Assembly: GCA_964523655.1 (NCBI GenBank)
Contig: CAZGAN010000001.1
Span: 1 to 41,814, forward strand
Direction: 5' to 3'
Length of the DNA: 41,814 nt
Source: an uncultured Bacteroides sp.
GTDB taxonomy: Bacteria > Bacteroidota > Bacteroidia > Bacteroidales > Muribaculaceae
The position numbers were made by a program, and so were the translations under genes. Shown here piece after piece: positions 8,802 to 18,459 of this stretch. The notes beneath the pieces are model-generated. The model was given only the letters and a program-made list of their open reading frames with translations. It did not search any database and was not told the DNA's origin. How positions within the stretch are numbered: position 1 is the first letter of the stretch; each line of letters opens with the position of its first letter.

Positions 8802-11606
8802 TTAATAAGAAGATTTTTTGGCAACCGTCACTTCATTCACCAAGTAGGCTATTGATTTATAAGGTATGCCTGAATTGTTAGTTAGACCTATTTCGCAAGT
8901 GCGTGAGTTAGAGAAACCACGGTGCACACCGTTGGCGGCAAGCTGTGGCTTTAATTTGCGTAGAGCCCAAGCATTGAGTTCGGGAACCATAAATCCTTTG
9001 TCGCCGGCAAATCCACAACAGCCAATTTCTGACGGCACTATAACATTGCGTGAGCAACGGCCGGCAAGAGACACAATTGTGTTGGCAAGCCCCATGTGGC
9101 GCGTTGAGCAAGTGATGTGCACAGATACCGGCTCATCGGTAGGACGAAATTCGAGATGCGGCACAAGAAATGTTTCTATAAACTCAGCGGGTTCATATAA
9201 TTTCAGAGTTTTTATATTGTTGCGCATGCGGTGTAAGCACGGACTCTGGTCACAAAGCACCGGTATGCGACCACCGTCTGATGCCTCAAGCAAGGCGCGT
9301 TCAAGCTCGGCAGTTTTGCCGTTTGCAATTTCAGGCATACCCTTACTTTCCCAAATCATGCCACAGCACAGATTTTTCATATTTTCAGGGAATATCACCT
9401 CATAACCTGCTTTGTTGCAAAGTTCGGTCATTTCTTGAATCATGGGCTTAACCTCAGAGCCTTTCTCTTTTGATGCGCCCATGGTTTGATTTATGCACGA
9501 CGGGAAATAAACCACTTTGCGCGGCAAGTGAGTTTGCACCACATTTGCCTTTGTTGCCGCGGGTAGAGCCGAAGTCCATAGGGGCACACCAATGTGATGC
9601 AACGTGCGGCCCAGTGAGTTCACATTTTTATCGCCAAGCAAAGTATGCGCACTTCCGGCGAGATTAAGCACCGGGCGCAGAGTTGTTTCAACCGTAGAGA
9701 GATGATCGGCTGCCCACTTACCGAGTTTGTAACCTTTAGACGTGCGCGACAATGCATCGCGACGAATGTCGTGAATCATGTCGGCAGTGTTTATGCGCAT
9801 CGGGCACGATGTTGAGCACAGACCATCGCCGGCACACGTCTTATTACCCAGATATTTAAATTGGCGCTCCAACTGTTTCAGACGTGCATCATCTTCATGA
9901 GTTTGTCGCAGACGCGAAATTTCGCGCTGCACAATGATGCGTTGACGAGCCGAAAGAGTGAATCCGCACGACACACAATTAACTTCACAGAAACCGCACT
10001 CAATGCAACGGTCAACATGGTCGTTTGTGAGTGGCAGCGGTTTCATGTTTTTGATGTAGCACTCGGGGTCATCATTGAAAATCACACCGGGGTTGAGTAT
10101 GTTGTGAGGGTCCATAATACCTTTCAGACGGCGCATTATGCCAAATGCTTTTGCTCCCCACTCTTTCTCAACAAACGGCGCCATGTTGCGACCGGTGCCA
10201 TGCTCGGCTTTTAACGAGCCATCATATTTGTCAACAACAAGTGTTTCAACTTGTTGCATGAGATTTCTGTATTTTTCCACATCGCCGGGATGGTCAAAAC
10301 CCTGGGCAATAACGAAGTGATAGTTACCTTCGAGAGCATGACCATAGATGCATGCATCGTCATAACCACAATCAACCAGCAATTGTGCCAGGTCGGCAGT
10401 GGCTGACGGTAGGTCGTCAATGTGAAATGCCACATCTTCAATTAGCGATGTTGTGCCCAACGGACGTGTGCCTCCAACAGCAGGGAACACACCCGAACGT
10501 ATGCCCCACCACTTACCATAAACGGCAGGATCTGACGAGAATTCAGCCGGTTTGTAGAGCTTAAAGTCGGCTAAGACTGCGAGTATAGCATTTATATTAG
10601 CTTGCAATTGTTCTTCGGTTGCAGCTTTTGTATCAATAAGCAAAGCAGTGAGTCCATCGCCGGTTGTATCATTAACTGAAGCCAATGATTTTTTGTCGAG
10701 CATCTCGCAGCTATCAACCACGTTGGCTTTTTTAAGCGCCACAACAGTGTGGCACGCCTCCTCCATCTCTTGGAAATAAAGCATAGCGCTGGCGGCACAT
10801 GGCAACACCGGAGCAGTGTTAACAGTCACGCTATACATGAAGCCGAGTGTGCCTTCACTGCCTACCATGCAGTGTGCTATGATGTCAAACGGATCATCGT
10901 AAGCTATGAACGGACGGATATTTAGACCGGTCACATTTTTTATAGAGTACTTGCGAGCAATGCGTTCTGTTAACTCTTCGTCGGCACGTATTTCATCGCG
11001 CAAGGTTTCAATCTCTTTTATGATATCGGGGTGTACTTCGGCAAAGTTGCGACGCGACTCCTCATTGCCTGTATCGAGCACAGTGCCATCGGCAAGAATT
11101 ATGCCCATTGAGCGCAGCATACGGTCAGAATTAGCGTGAGTGCCACAGTTCATGCCCGAAGCATTATTGATTACAATGCCTCCAACCATAGCCGAATTTT
11201 TCGATGCCGGGTCGGGGGTAAACATGCGCTTGTACGGTGCTAGCAATTGATTCACGCGAGCACCGATGATGCCGGGTTGAAGCGTGATATATTCACCGTT
11301 TTCGGCTATTTCATAGTCTTCCCAATTTTTCCCGGCAACAATAAGCACCGAGTCAGTGATTGACTGACCTGAAAGACTTGTGCCGGCAGCACGAAAAGTT
11401 ACCGGAATTTTATATTCGGAAGCTGTTTTGAGAATTTGAGCAACCTCCTGACGGCTTTTTGAACGAATCACTATTTTCGGGAGAATACGATAGAAGCTGG
11501 CATCGGTGCCCCAAGCGAGGCATCGCAACTCATCGGTGTAAATCCTGTCATGATCTACAAACTCGAAAATATCTGTAAGGAAATCGTTATAATTCATTGT
11601 TTTCAA
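8802..11606 (-). CDS. FAD- and Fe-S-containing NAD-independent D-lactate dehydrogenase (Dld-II type)
   Basis: FRAAGTSLSGQ, GSEGTL, GHALEGNYH, SLKAEHGTGR, CIECGFCEVNC, CAGDGLCSTSCP, two CCG domains. Confidence 0.85.
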   Translation of the reverse strand: MKTMNYNDFLTDIFEFVDHDRIYTDELRCLAWGTDASFYRILPKIVIRSKSRQEVAQILKTASEYKIPVTFRAAGTSLSGQSITDSVLIVAGKNWEDYEIAENGEYITLQPGIIGARVNQLLAPYKRMFTPDPASKNSAMVGGIVINNASGMNCGTHANSDRMLRSMGIILADGTVLDTGNEESRRNFAEVHPDIIKEIETLRDEIRADEELTERIARKYSIKNVTGLNIRPFIAYDDPFDIIAHCMVGSEGTLGFMYSVTVNTAPVLPCAASAMLYFQEMEEACHTVVALKKANVVDSCEMLDKKSLASVNDTTGDGLTALLIDTKAATEEQLQANINAILAVLADFKLYKPAEFSSDPAVYGKWWGIRSGVFPAVGGTRPLGTTSLIEDVAFHIDDLPSATADLAQLLVDCGYDDACIYGHALEGNYHFVIAQGFDHPGDVEKYRNLMQQVETLVVDKYDGSLKAEHGTGRNMAPFVEKEWGAKAFGIMRRLKGIMDPHNILNPGVIFNDDPECYIKNMKPLPLTNDHVDRCIECGFCEVNCVSCGFTLSARQRIIVQREISRLRQTHEDDARLKQLERQFKYLGNKTCAGDGLCSTSCPMRINTADMIHDIRRDALSRTSKGYKLGKWAADHLSTVETTLRPVLNLAGSAHTLLGDKNVNSLGRTLHHIGVPLWTSALPAATKANVVQTHLPRKVVYFPSCINQTMGASKEKGSEVKPMIQEMTELCNKAGYEVIFPENMKNLCCGMIWESKGMPEIANGKTAELERALLEASDGGRIPVLCDQSPCLHRMRNNIKTLKLYEPAEFIETFLVPHLEFRPTDEPVSVHITCSTRHMGLANTIVSLAGRCSRNVIVPSEIGCCGFAGDKGFMVPELNAWALRKLKPQLAANGVHRGFSNSRTCEIGLTNNSGIPYKSIAYLVNEVTVAKKSSY

Positions 11607-12838
11607 TTATACAAATAGCAGTCAGCTGAGGCTGCCTTAAATGCTTGAGCGTCTTTATTCCAGTAGTCGATAATATCGGCAACTTTGTGATTTTGAGTAA
11701 AGCGACGGCGTATTTCTTTGCTGCCACAAACTTTGTCAAACATGCTATAGCGTTTCACGTTTGAATTACCCTCTTTAAACACTGCTTTATCGGGATACAT
11801 AGCTGCGAGTTCTTGCATCACATAAAACTGTGTGAGTGTGATTGGAGCTGCCTCTACATCTGTGATATACACTTCCACTCCTTGCAAATTTTCGCCTTTG
11901 CCTACTGCATAAAACGGTTTGATGTATATGGGGCGGAACATGAGGCCGGGAAGATTAAGGTCGTTCATGCGCTTAGAGAGAGCTTGTGCATCAACCCATT
12001 GTGTGCAAAAGAGTTTAAACGGCTCAGTATAGCCAACACCGATTGACACATAATCTAATTCGCCAAAGATGCCTGAGCACGGATAGTAGAGCGCTGATTC
12101 GGGACTGGGAATATGCGGCGAAGGCAACACCCACGGCATTCCAGTTTCGCGGAACGACATGTTTCGATGCCATCCTTCCATGGGCACAACAGTGAGATCT
12201 ACCTTTTTGCCCGACTCCAACATGTTGTTTTTATTGAGATATATAGCAAGCTCTCCGGGAGTGAGGCCATACAAATAAGGTATTTTAAATTGGCTCACAA
12301 ACGATATGCAAGAGTCTTCAGTCACACAACCCTCAACTTTGTTACCGCTAACAGGATTTGGGCGGTCGAGCACCATGAACTGTTTGCCAAGCTGAGCACA
12401 CATATCCATAGCCAAACCCATAGTTGAAATAAACGTATATGAGCGGCAACCGTTATCTTGTATGTCATAGACTAAGACATCTACATTTTTAAGCATTTCA
12501 GCCGTCGGCTTACGAGTTTTGCCATAGATTGAATAAACGGTAACGCCTGTTGCCGGGTCAACAAAATTGCCAACATGGTCACCGGCATGCACGTCGCCAC
12601 GCACACCGTGCTCAGGAGCAAACAATGCAACCAGCTCAACACCCTCAGCATCGTGAAGTATGTCGATAGTTGACTTCAAGTTATTGTCAACGCCTGTTGG
12701 ATTGGTAATCAAGCCAACACGTTTGCCTTGCAATTGAGCAAAGCCATTGTTGCGGAGCACTTCTATGCCCGGCAACACTTGCGCTGATGCTGCAAGCGCG
12801 AGCAGCGCAACCATCAATGAAAATATGCAACGTTTCAT
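11603..12838 (-). CDS. namZ: Exo-beta-N-acetylmuramidase (DUF1343, GH171)
   Basis: Signal peptide; RVGLITNPTG, LFAPEHG, YDIQDNGCRSYTF, VLDRPNP, GLTPGELA, WVLPSPHIP. Confidence 0.92.
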   Translation of the reverse strand: MKRCIFSLMVALLALAASAQVLPGIEVLRNNGFAQLQGKRVGLITNPTGVDNNLKSTIDILHDAEGVELVALFAPEHGVRGDVHAGDHVGNFVDPATGVTVYSIYGKTRKPTAEMLKNVDVLVYDIQDNGCRSYTFISTMGLAMDMCAQLGKQFMVLDRPNPVSGNKVEGCVTEDSCISFVSQFKIPYLYGLTPGELAIYLNKNNMLESGKKVDLTVVPMEGWHRNMSFRETGMPWVLPSPHIPSPESALYYPCSGIFGELDYVSIGVGYTEPFKLFCTQWVDAQALSKRMNDLNLPGLMFRPIYIKPFYAVGKGENLQGVEVYITDVEAAPITLTQFYVMQELAAMYPDKAVFKEGNSNVKRYSMFDKVCGSKEIRRRFTQNHKVADIIDYWNKDAQAFKAASADCYLYN

Positions 12839-14725
12839 TTATTCTTTAACTTGTTTACGACCGAAAGCCGGGTCTATTTTTATAAATGCACAGATGCCGA
12901 TTGTTGCAGCGCAGCAAATCATTGTCCATACAAAGAAATGTCTATATCCGATGCACTCTTGCAGCCAGCCGGCAGCCATGCCTGGCAGCATCATGCCAAG
13001 CGCCATAAATCCGGTGCAAATAGCATAGTGTGCTGTTTTGTGAGTGCCTTCTGAGAAATATATGAGATAGAGCATATAAGCGGTAAAGCCAAAGCCATAT
13101 CCAAATTGCTCAATGAATACGCAAATATTAACTGTGAGGAGTGAGTGGTCTTGCCAATAACTGAGATAGACAAATGTGAGGCAAGTGAGCGACATGCTCC
13201 AAGCCATTGGCCACAGCCATTTTTTCAAGCCTCCACGAGCGGCAACTATACCGCCGATTATGCCGCCAATAGTCAAGCCGATTATGCCAACTGTGCCGTA
13301 AACTATACCCACTTCACCGGTGGTCAAACCAAGACCGCCTTTGTCTATTGGGTCAAGCAAGAATGGGTTTATAAGTTTAACAAGTTGTGCTTCAGGCAAA
13401 CGATAAAGCAACATAAACAATATTGCCACAACTATTTGTTTCTTCTGGAAGAATGTTTTAAATGTTTCAAAAAATTCTTTGAAGATTTGCGAAGCTGTGG
13501 TAGCACTGCGATTATCGTCGGCAGCAGGTTTGGGTAGTGCCCAACTGTGATATGCGGCAACGCAGAAGAAGAATGCTGAAAGCACGGCAAAAACAACCAG
13601 CCAAGCCATCGGTATGTTGCCCGATGCCCCGGCAAATTGTGCCGATGTTGCAGCCGAAAGTTTATGGTCTACTTCAAAATAAAGATATGCGGGTTTATCC
13701 CAATTGTCGGCAGTAAATTCAAAGCGAGTCACAAGTTTATCTTGCTCAAGTTTTATGCTTTGGTCTCCACCTTTATAGGTAACATTAAGCACAATAGTTT
13801 CACCCGCTTCAGGCGCTTTGTTGAGACGCACACCAACAATAGCAAAGTTGTTGGCAACATTGTCGTTAGAAACTTCGCGATGCTCGCCAAAAGTATTTTT
13901 CATCCACTTTGTGAAAGCACCGTCTTCATTGCCGGTCGATACCGTTGCAGCACCTGCAGCAGCGGGAACATCAGCCGGCACAAAACCGTTAGCTTGGTTG
14001 AGATGCTTAACTGAATCGCGCATCATCACCGCATATTGAGCGAACGGCACATCTTCACCGTCAACGCTGACAGTGGCAGGTGCTTTTGTTGACACATCAG
14101 CGAGTTTTGATGCAACAAATTTGAGTTCGCCGTCGGCATTGTCATATTGCAAATTCGCTAAATCTTGAGCTTGCCACTCAACCGTCGGCGATGCCTTCAC
14201 GTCAAGATTCACCGGTGCAAGCCCTGAGTTTGTTTCAATGAGTCCGGCTATAATCACCAATAAGCCTTGACCGGCAACCGTGGCTACTCGATAGAATGTG
14301 GAACGAATGCCAACATACAACGACTGCTCATGCTCGGTTAAAGCCAGCATATAAAAGCCGTCGGCTGCAATATCGTGAGTAGCCGAAGTGAAGCCAACTA
14401 TCCAAAATATAGCCAATGTGAGTTGGAAAAATAGCGGCGTTGGTATGGTAAATGCTATGCCGGCAAGGGCAAAAGCTATAATCCACTGCATGGTGAGTGT
14501 CCACCAACGCTTTGTGCGCATGATGTCGACAAACGGGCTCCAGAATGGTTTTATCACCCACGGCAAATATAGCCAGCCGGTGTAGAGAGCAATGTCTGTG
14601 TTTGAGATGCCCAAGCGTTTATACATGATAACAGAAATAGTCATCACGGCAACGTATGGCAATCCTTGCGCAAAATATAGTGTGGGTATCCAAGCCCAGG
14701 GGTTACGTTTTGTTGTTTGCTTCAT
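12839..14725 (-). CDS. ampG: AmpG-family muropeptide MFS transporter with a large soluble insert
   Basis: LYFAQGLP, PWVIKPFWSPFVD, SATHDIAADG, EQFGYGFG, AHYAICTG; 628 aa including a ~200-aa hydrophilic insert. Confidence 0.88.
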   Translation of the reverse strand: MKQTTKRNPWAWIPTLYFAQGLPYVAVMTISVIMYKRLGISNTDIALYTGWLYLPWVIKPFWSPFVDIMRTKRWWTLTMQWIIAFALAGIAFTIPTPLFFQLTLAIFWIVGFTSATHDIAADGFYMLALTEHEQSLYVGIRSTFYRVATVAGQGLLVIIAGLIETNSGLAPVNLDVKASPTVEWQAQDLANLQYDNADGELKFVASKLADVSTKAPATVSVDGEDVPFAQYAVMMRDSVKHLNQANGFVPADVPAAAGAATVSTGNEDGAFTKWMKNTFGEHREVSNDNVANNFAIVGVRLNKAPEAGETIVLNVTYKGGDQSIKLEQDKLVTRFEFTADNWDKPAYLYFEVDHKLSAATSAQFAGASGNIPMAWLVVFAVLSAFFFCVAAYHSWALPKPAADDNRSATTASQIFKEFFETFKTFFQKKQIVVAILFMLLYRLPEAQLVKLINPFLLDPIDKGGLGLTTGEVGIVYGTVGIIGLTIGGIIGGIVAARGGLKKWLWPMAWSMSLTCLTFVYLSYWQDHSLLTVNICVFIEQFGYGFGFTAYMLYLIYFSEGTHKTAHYAICTGFMALGMMLPGMAAGWLQECIGYRHFFVWTMICCAATIGICAFIKIDPAFGRKQVKE

Positions 14726-14746
14726 TATTAATAGCAGTTAAGGTAA

Positions 14747-16048
14747 TTAGTATATTTTTGAGAGTTGAGAGTTTACAAAATAGTGTGCCAGAATTTGACG
14801 ATAGTCATATCCTTTTGCGCCCATCACGGCAGCTCCGATTTGGCATAGTCCAACACCATGTCCCCACCCTGCTCCGTGCAAAGTGAATGTGTCGCCATCA
14901 TGAGTGACAGTGAAGGCTGAGCTATATAGATGACTTTTTGAAAGTGTGCGACGTATTTCAAGCTCTTTACCAATAATCATGGTGCGTTTTGTGCCTACTA
15001 TGCGCAGACGCACAATGCGGCCGGATGTGCCACGCTCAAGCGGCTGCAAATCAAGTATATCACCAAAATCTATGCCCGAACGCTCTTTCACAAGTGCCGA
15101 AAGCTCAGCTTGTGTGTATGTGACTGTCCAACGATAGAAGTCAGTGGTCTCTTGGTCATAGTTATTGAGCACTTGCGAGAGTATTGCCGGGTCTGAGGTA
15201 TTGCAAAATGCATCAGGGCGCTCGGCAATCCAACGCGAGGCAGTCGCTTCGCAACGCAAATCGGCAAAGTCAGTCGGATTCACACTATCACGGCGTGCAA
15301 CAAGATAGTTGTAATGCTTAGGCTCCCAGCAGTTTTCAAATTGCTCGAGCACTCCGCCACAACACTTTGAAAAACGAGCATCGCACAACACGCCATCGTA
15401 GGTGAGCACCTGTCCGCGAGTAGCGGCAATAGCCTCAGCCACAGTTGGTGTTGACTGTCGTGTCACACCTTGATAGCGCTGACAATGGTCGTCGGCACAC
15501 ACATCAAAATTGACATGGTCTTCGCGGTCATACCACTTTATGCGTTCACCGTCGGTTTCGGTGCACGCACTGTAAGCGGCATTACTTTTTGCCAACGATT
15601 TATTTTTCTCAATTTGGGCGAGCAGCCACGAGCGCGAGATAACGGCATGAGCCTTAAGTAGTTCAAGCGAAGCATGAGCGCTCATTTCTGATGAGATCAC
15701 GCTCAACAGATAATCTTCAACCGGCAATATATTGATAATGGTGAGTTGATTGTGCTCTACTATAAACTTTGCCGCACCGCTGAAACGCTGATTTTCTTTG
15801 CGTTGCCAGTGAAAATTAACACCAATAACCACATCTTTTATTTCAAAAATGCAATCATCGGCTACAGGAGAAAACATCAACTCACCGGCATAAATCTTGT
15901 TTTGCCAACTGATTTTTCCATCAGCAGTCACAGAAATTGATTGTGCCCCACTCACTTGCTCTCCATCAACAGTGTATGGTTTCAAGAGATCAATATTAAT
16001 TGTCGGGGCATTCAAAATGCCAACAGTTATGCACGGTTGATTGGTCAT
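14747..16048 (-). CDS. SpoIID/LytB-domain lytic transglycosylase-like protein
   Basis: EDYLLSVISSEM, LKAHAVISRS, DVCADDHCQRYQG, GAGWGHGVGLCQIGA, ILAHYF. Confidence 0.92.
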   Translation of the reverse strand: MTNQPCITVGILNAPTINIDLLKPYTVDGEQVSGAQSISVTADGKISWQNKIYAGELMFSPVADDCIFEIKDVVIGVNFHWQRKENQRFSGAAKFIVEHNQLTIINILPVEDYLLSVISSEMSAHASLELLKAHAVISRSWLLAQIEKNKSLAKSNAAYSACTETDGERIKWYDREDHVNFDVCADDHCQRYQGVTRQSTPTVAEAIAATRGQVLTYDGVLCDARFSKCCGGVLEQFENCWEPKHYNYLVARRDSVNPTDFADLRCEATASRWIAERPDAFCNTSDPAILSQVLNNYDQETTDFYRWTVTYTQAELSALVKERSGIDFGDILDLQPLERGTSGRIVRLRIVGTKRTMIIGKELEIRRTLSKSHLYSSAFTVTHDGDTFTLHGAGWGHGVGLCQIGAAVMGAKGYDYRQILAHYFVNSQLSKIY

Positions 16049-16054
16049 ATCGGT

Positions 16055-16981
16055 TTACTTTTTTATTTTTGCTACGATATCGTTAATTTCTTCTGTTGAC
16101 AGGCACAACTCGCTATAAACACGACGCACCACATCAGCATCTATGCTATTGAAATCTTTTTCAAGCGGAGTGATAAACACGCCACCCATGTCGACCGATG
16201 CCGGCGACAAAAGCATTGTGCCTTCGCCTTCAGTGCCGTAGAACGACGGACGATGGCGCTTGCGCGGTATCACTATGATATACGTTGAAAACGGCAACGT
16301 GAACGAAAGCACATTCATCATGGGCTCTGTCTCTCCTTCGTTAACCGGAAGCGCGTCATAGAGTTTCGCAAACAACTGAGTAGCCGAATCTTCTGACACC
16401 GTGTCTATGACAAACATTTTTAGCGGCAACGAGTCAATCACCGAAAGGTTATCGCTTCCAACAGTAGTCACAGTGCGCATTTCTGCTTGAAAAATCATGT
16501 CAGGCAACGTGAGAAAGTCTATATTTCCGGCTTGAAAATGCATGTGGTCAGGCGCTGATGCACCACATTTCGGGCCGTTATAGAACACTGCATAGCCTTG
16601 CAACTCATTTGAGAGATTATACATGTCGGCAATGCGACCTAAAATGAGCTGATCAACGTGGCTATTATCAGGTATAGTGAAGTGACGCGGAAATATTGGG
16701 AACGGATTTACGAGCACGGTGTATCGACTCCAACTTATGCCTTGTTGCTGAGTAGGGCGATTTTCTGCGCACAAAAAGCACTTGCGTTCACTAAGACTTT
16801 TTGCATCAACTTTCGCTGCTGACGAGACTATGCGCGCCGGATTAAACTGCACCTTGATTGGCATGCCGTCAACGTCAAATGATTTTACTTTCACATTTTT
16901 GAGCGCGGCATAATTATCGGCTGCAGTTTGCCATTCGGCGAGCTGAGTGTTCAAAAACTTGTCAATGTTGTCTGATAGCAT
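16055..16981 (-). CDS. DUF4922 protein (HIT/GalT-like nucleotidyltransferase or phosphorylase)
   Basis: VQFNPARIVSS, CFLC, NPFPIF, GASAPDHMHFQAG (HxHxQ), SPASVDMGG. Confidence 0.82.
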   Translation of the reverse strand: MLSDNIDKFLNTQLAEWQTAADNYAALKNVKVKSFDVDGMPIKVQFNPARIVSSAAKVDAKSLSERKCFLCAENRPTQQQGISWSRYTVLVNPFPIFPRHFTIPDNSHVDQLILGRIADMYNLSNELQGYAVFYNGPKCGASAPDHMHFQAGNIDFLTLPDMIFQAEMRTVTTVGSDNLSVIDSLPLKMFVIDTVSEDSATQLFAKLYDALPVNEGETEPMMNVLSFTLPFSTYIIVIPRKRHRPSFYGTEGEGTMLLSPASVDMGGVFITPLEKDFNSIDADVVRRVYSELCLSTEEINDIVAKIKK

Positions 16982-16992
16982 AGGTTAAAATA

Positions 16993-18447
16993 TTATTTGT
17001 TTAATGCAATGCGAGCTTGTAGCTCCCATGTGCGAATACGGTCTTTATAAAGGTTGTTATTGTTCATCTTGACCACATCGAGCGAAGCGTCTGAATTGTC
17101 TTCCCATCGACGGCAAAGATAGAGCACATCGTAGATTCTGCCAATCTGATGATGACGAGAGAATGCCAAACCTAGAGCGTAGTCCTCTCCATAGCTGGTG
17201 TTGGGCACATGTATTTCGCGCAACATGGGAGTGTAGAACGCACGTGGAGCGCCTAAGCCATTGATGCGAAGAGCATTGTTGCGTCCGTTTTCGGGAGTCC
17301 ACTCCTTATGGTCAATCACGCCCGGTGGAATGGGATTTTTGTCGATATCGGTGAGTTGATATGTGCCTACCACCATTGCGCACTTCTGCTCATAGAAAGC
17401 ATTCACAATCTTGCCAAGTGTATTTTCATCGGCATAAACGTCGTCACTGTCAAGTTGCACTGCAAATTTACCGCAATCGGGATGTTGCACACCAACATTC
17501 CAGCAACCGCCAATGCCTAGGTCTTTGCGCTCGGGCATGATGTGAATCACGCGCGGATCGCCAAGAAATTCATCTATAGCTTGACTTGTGCCATCGGTCG
17601 AATGGTTATCAATAACAATTAGATTAAATGCAAAATTAGTTTTTTGGCTGAGCACCGAAGCAATAGCATCGCGAATGGTGCGTATGCGGTTGCGCACCGG
17701 TATAATCACTGATGCCTCATACTTGAATTCTCCTTTATTGAAATCTATATCGGCAAATTTAGGCTCCAAATAGCCGCCTATTGCTTTGAGGTGAGCGGTG
17801 CATGCTTGTTCCATCTCAATTTGCACGCCGCGATTTTTCGGGTCTACATAGTCAAAAATCTTTTCTCCTGATTTGCGAGTGTCAACGGTAACATCGCTAT
17901 AAAGATACTCATTGACATGCACAAGCGAAGCTATGCGACTGAGACGAAGACGCAAGTCATAGAGACCGGCAGCTGTGTATTGCACATCAATACCGGCAGC
18001 GGCTTCTTTAAATTTGGCGGCATTGAAAAATAGCACAGAGCCAAAATTGAAATCATCGCGCAAAGAGCCGAATTGATAGTCAATCACCGGCGCATTTGTT
18101 TGCTTATCGTCAACAACTGTGTAGCTATCTGCATAGAGCATGCCGGCTTGCGAGTCTTCTGCCAGACGCACAAAACGGTCGAGTGCAAAATAGCCAAGCA
18201 CAAGATTATTGTATTTTGTGTAGAGCAAAATATAGTCGGCAGTTGCTGACTCGGCTATTTTTTGCATTGTGGCTGATGAATTGAGCGAGTCAATGTTGAT
18301 CAATGTGCAACCTTCAACCGCTGCAGCATCGTTGCTCGTTGCAAGAAGATATATGTTAGATACCAACGCACTTTGACGCAATCCGTCAATAGTTGCTTTC
18401 GCTTGTTTGAGTGAAGCGTACGGGATAAAACAGTCGATTGTTTTCAT
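16993..18447 (-). CDS. Glycosyltransferase family 2 with an extra N-terminal GT-A-like half
   Basis: SVIIPVRNR, VIDNHSTDGT, QLDSDD, YGEDY; N-terminal half has YAD, DDFNFGS, LYDLRLR. Confidence 0.88.
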   Translation of the reverse strand: MKTIDCFIPYASLKQAKATIDGLRQSALVSNIYLLATSNDAAAVEGCTLINIDSLNSSATMQKIAESATADYILLYTKYNNLVLGYFALDRFVRLAEDSQAGMLYADSYTVVDDKQTNAPVIDYQFGSLRDDFNFGSVLFFNAAKFKEAAAGIDVQYTAAGLYDLRLRLSRIASLVHVNEYLYSDVTVDTRKSGEKIFDYVDPKNRGVQIEMEQACTAHLKAIGGYLEPKFADIDFNKGEFKYEASVIIPVRNRIRTIRDAIASVLSQKTNFAFNLIVIDNHSTDGTSQAIDEFLGDPRVIHIMPERKDLGIGGCWNVGVQHPDCGKFAVQLDSDDVYADENTLGKIVNAFYEQKCAMVVGTYQLTDIDKNPIPPGVIDHKEWTPENGRNNALRINGLGAPRAFYTPMLREIHVPNTSYGEDYALGLAFSRHHQIGRIYDVLYLCRRWEDNSDASLDVVKMNNNNLYKDRIRTWELQARIALNK

Positions 18448-18459
18448 ATATTAAAGTTA

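Noticed and set aside
8797-8824. Extended ORF-track starts (8824, 21177, 22225, 27029, 27054, 37410, 41318)
   Set aside because: They overlap neighbouring genes or promoter boxes, or use non-ATG codons close to them; downstream ATGs give better signal peptides and family N-termini.
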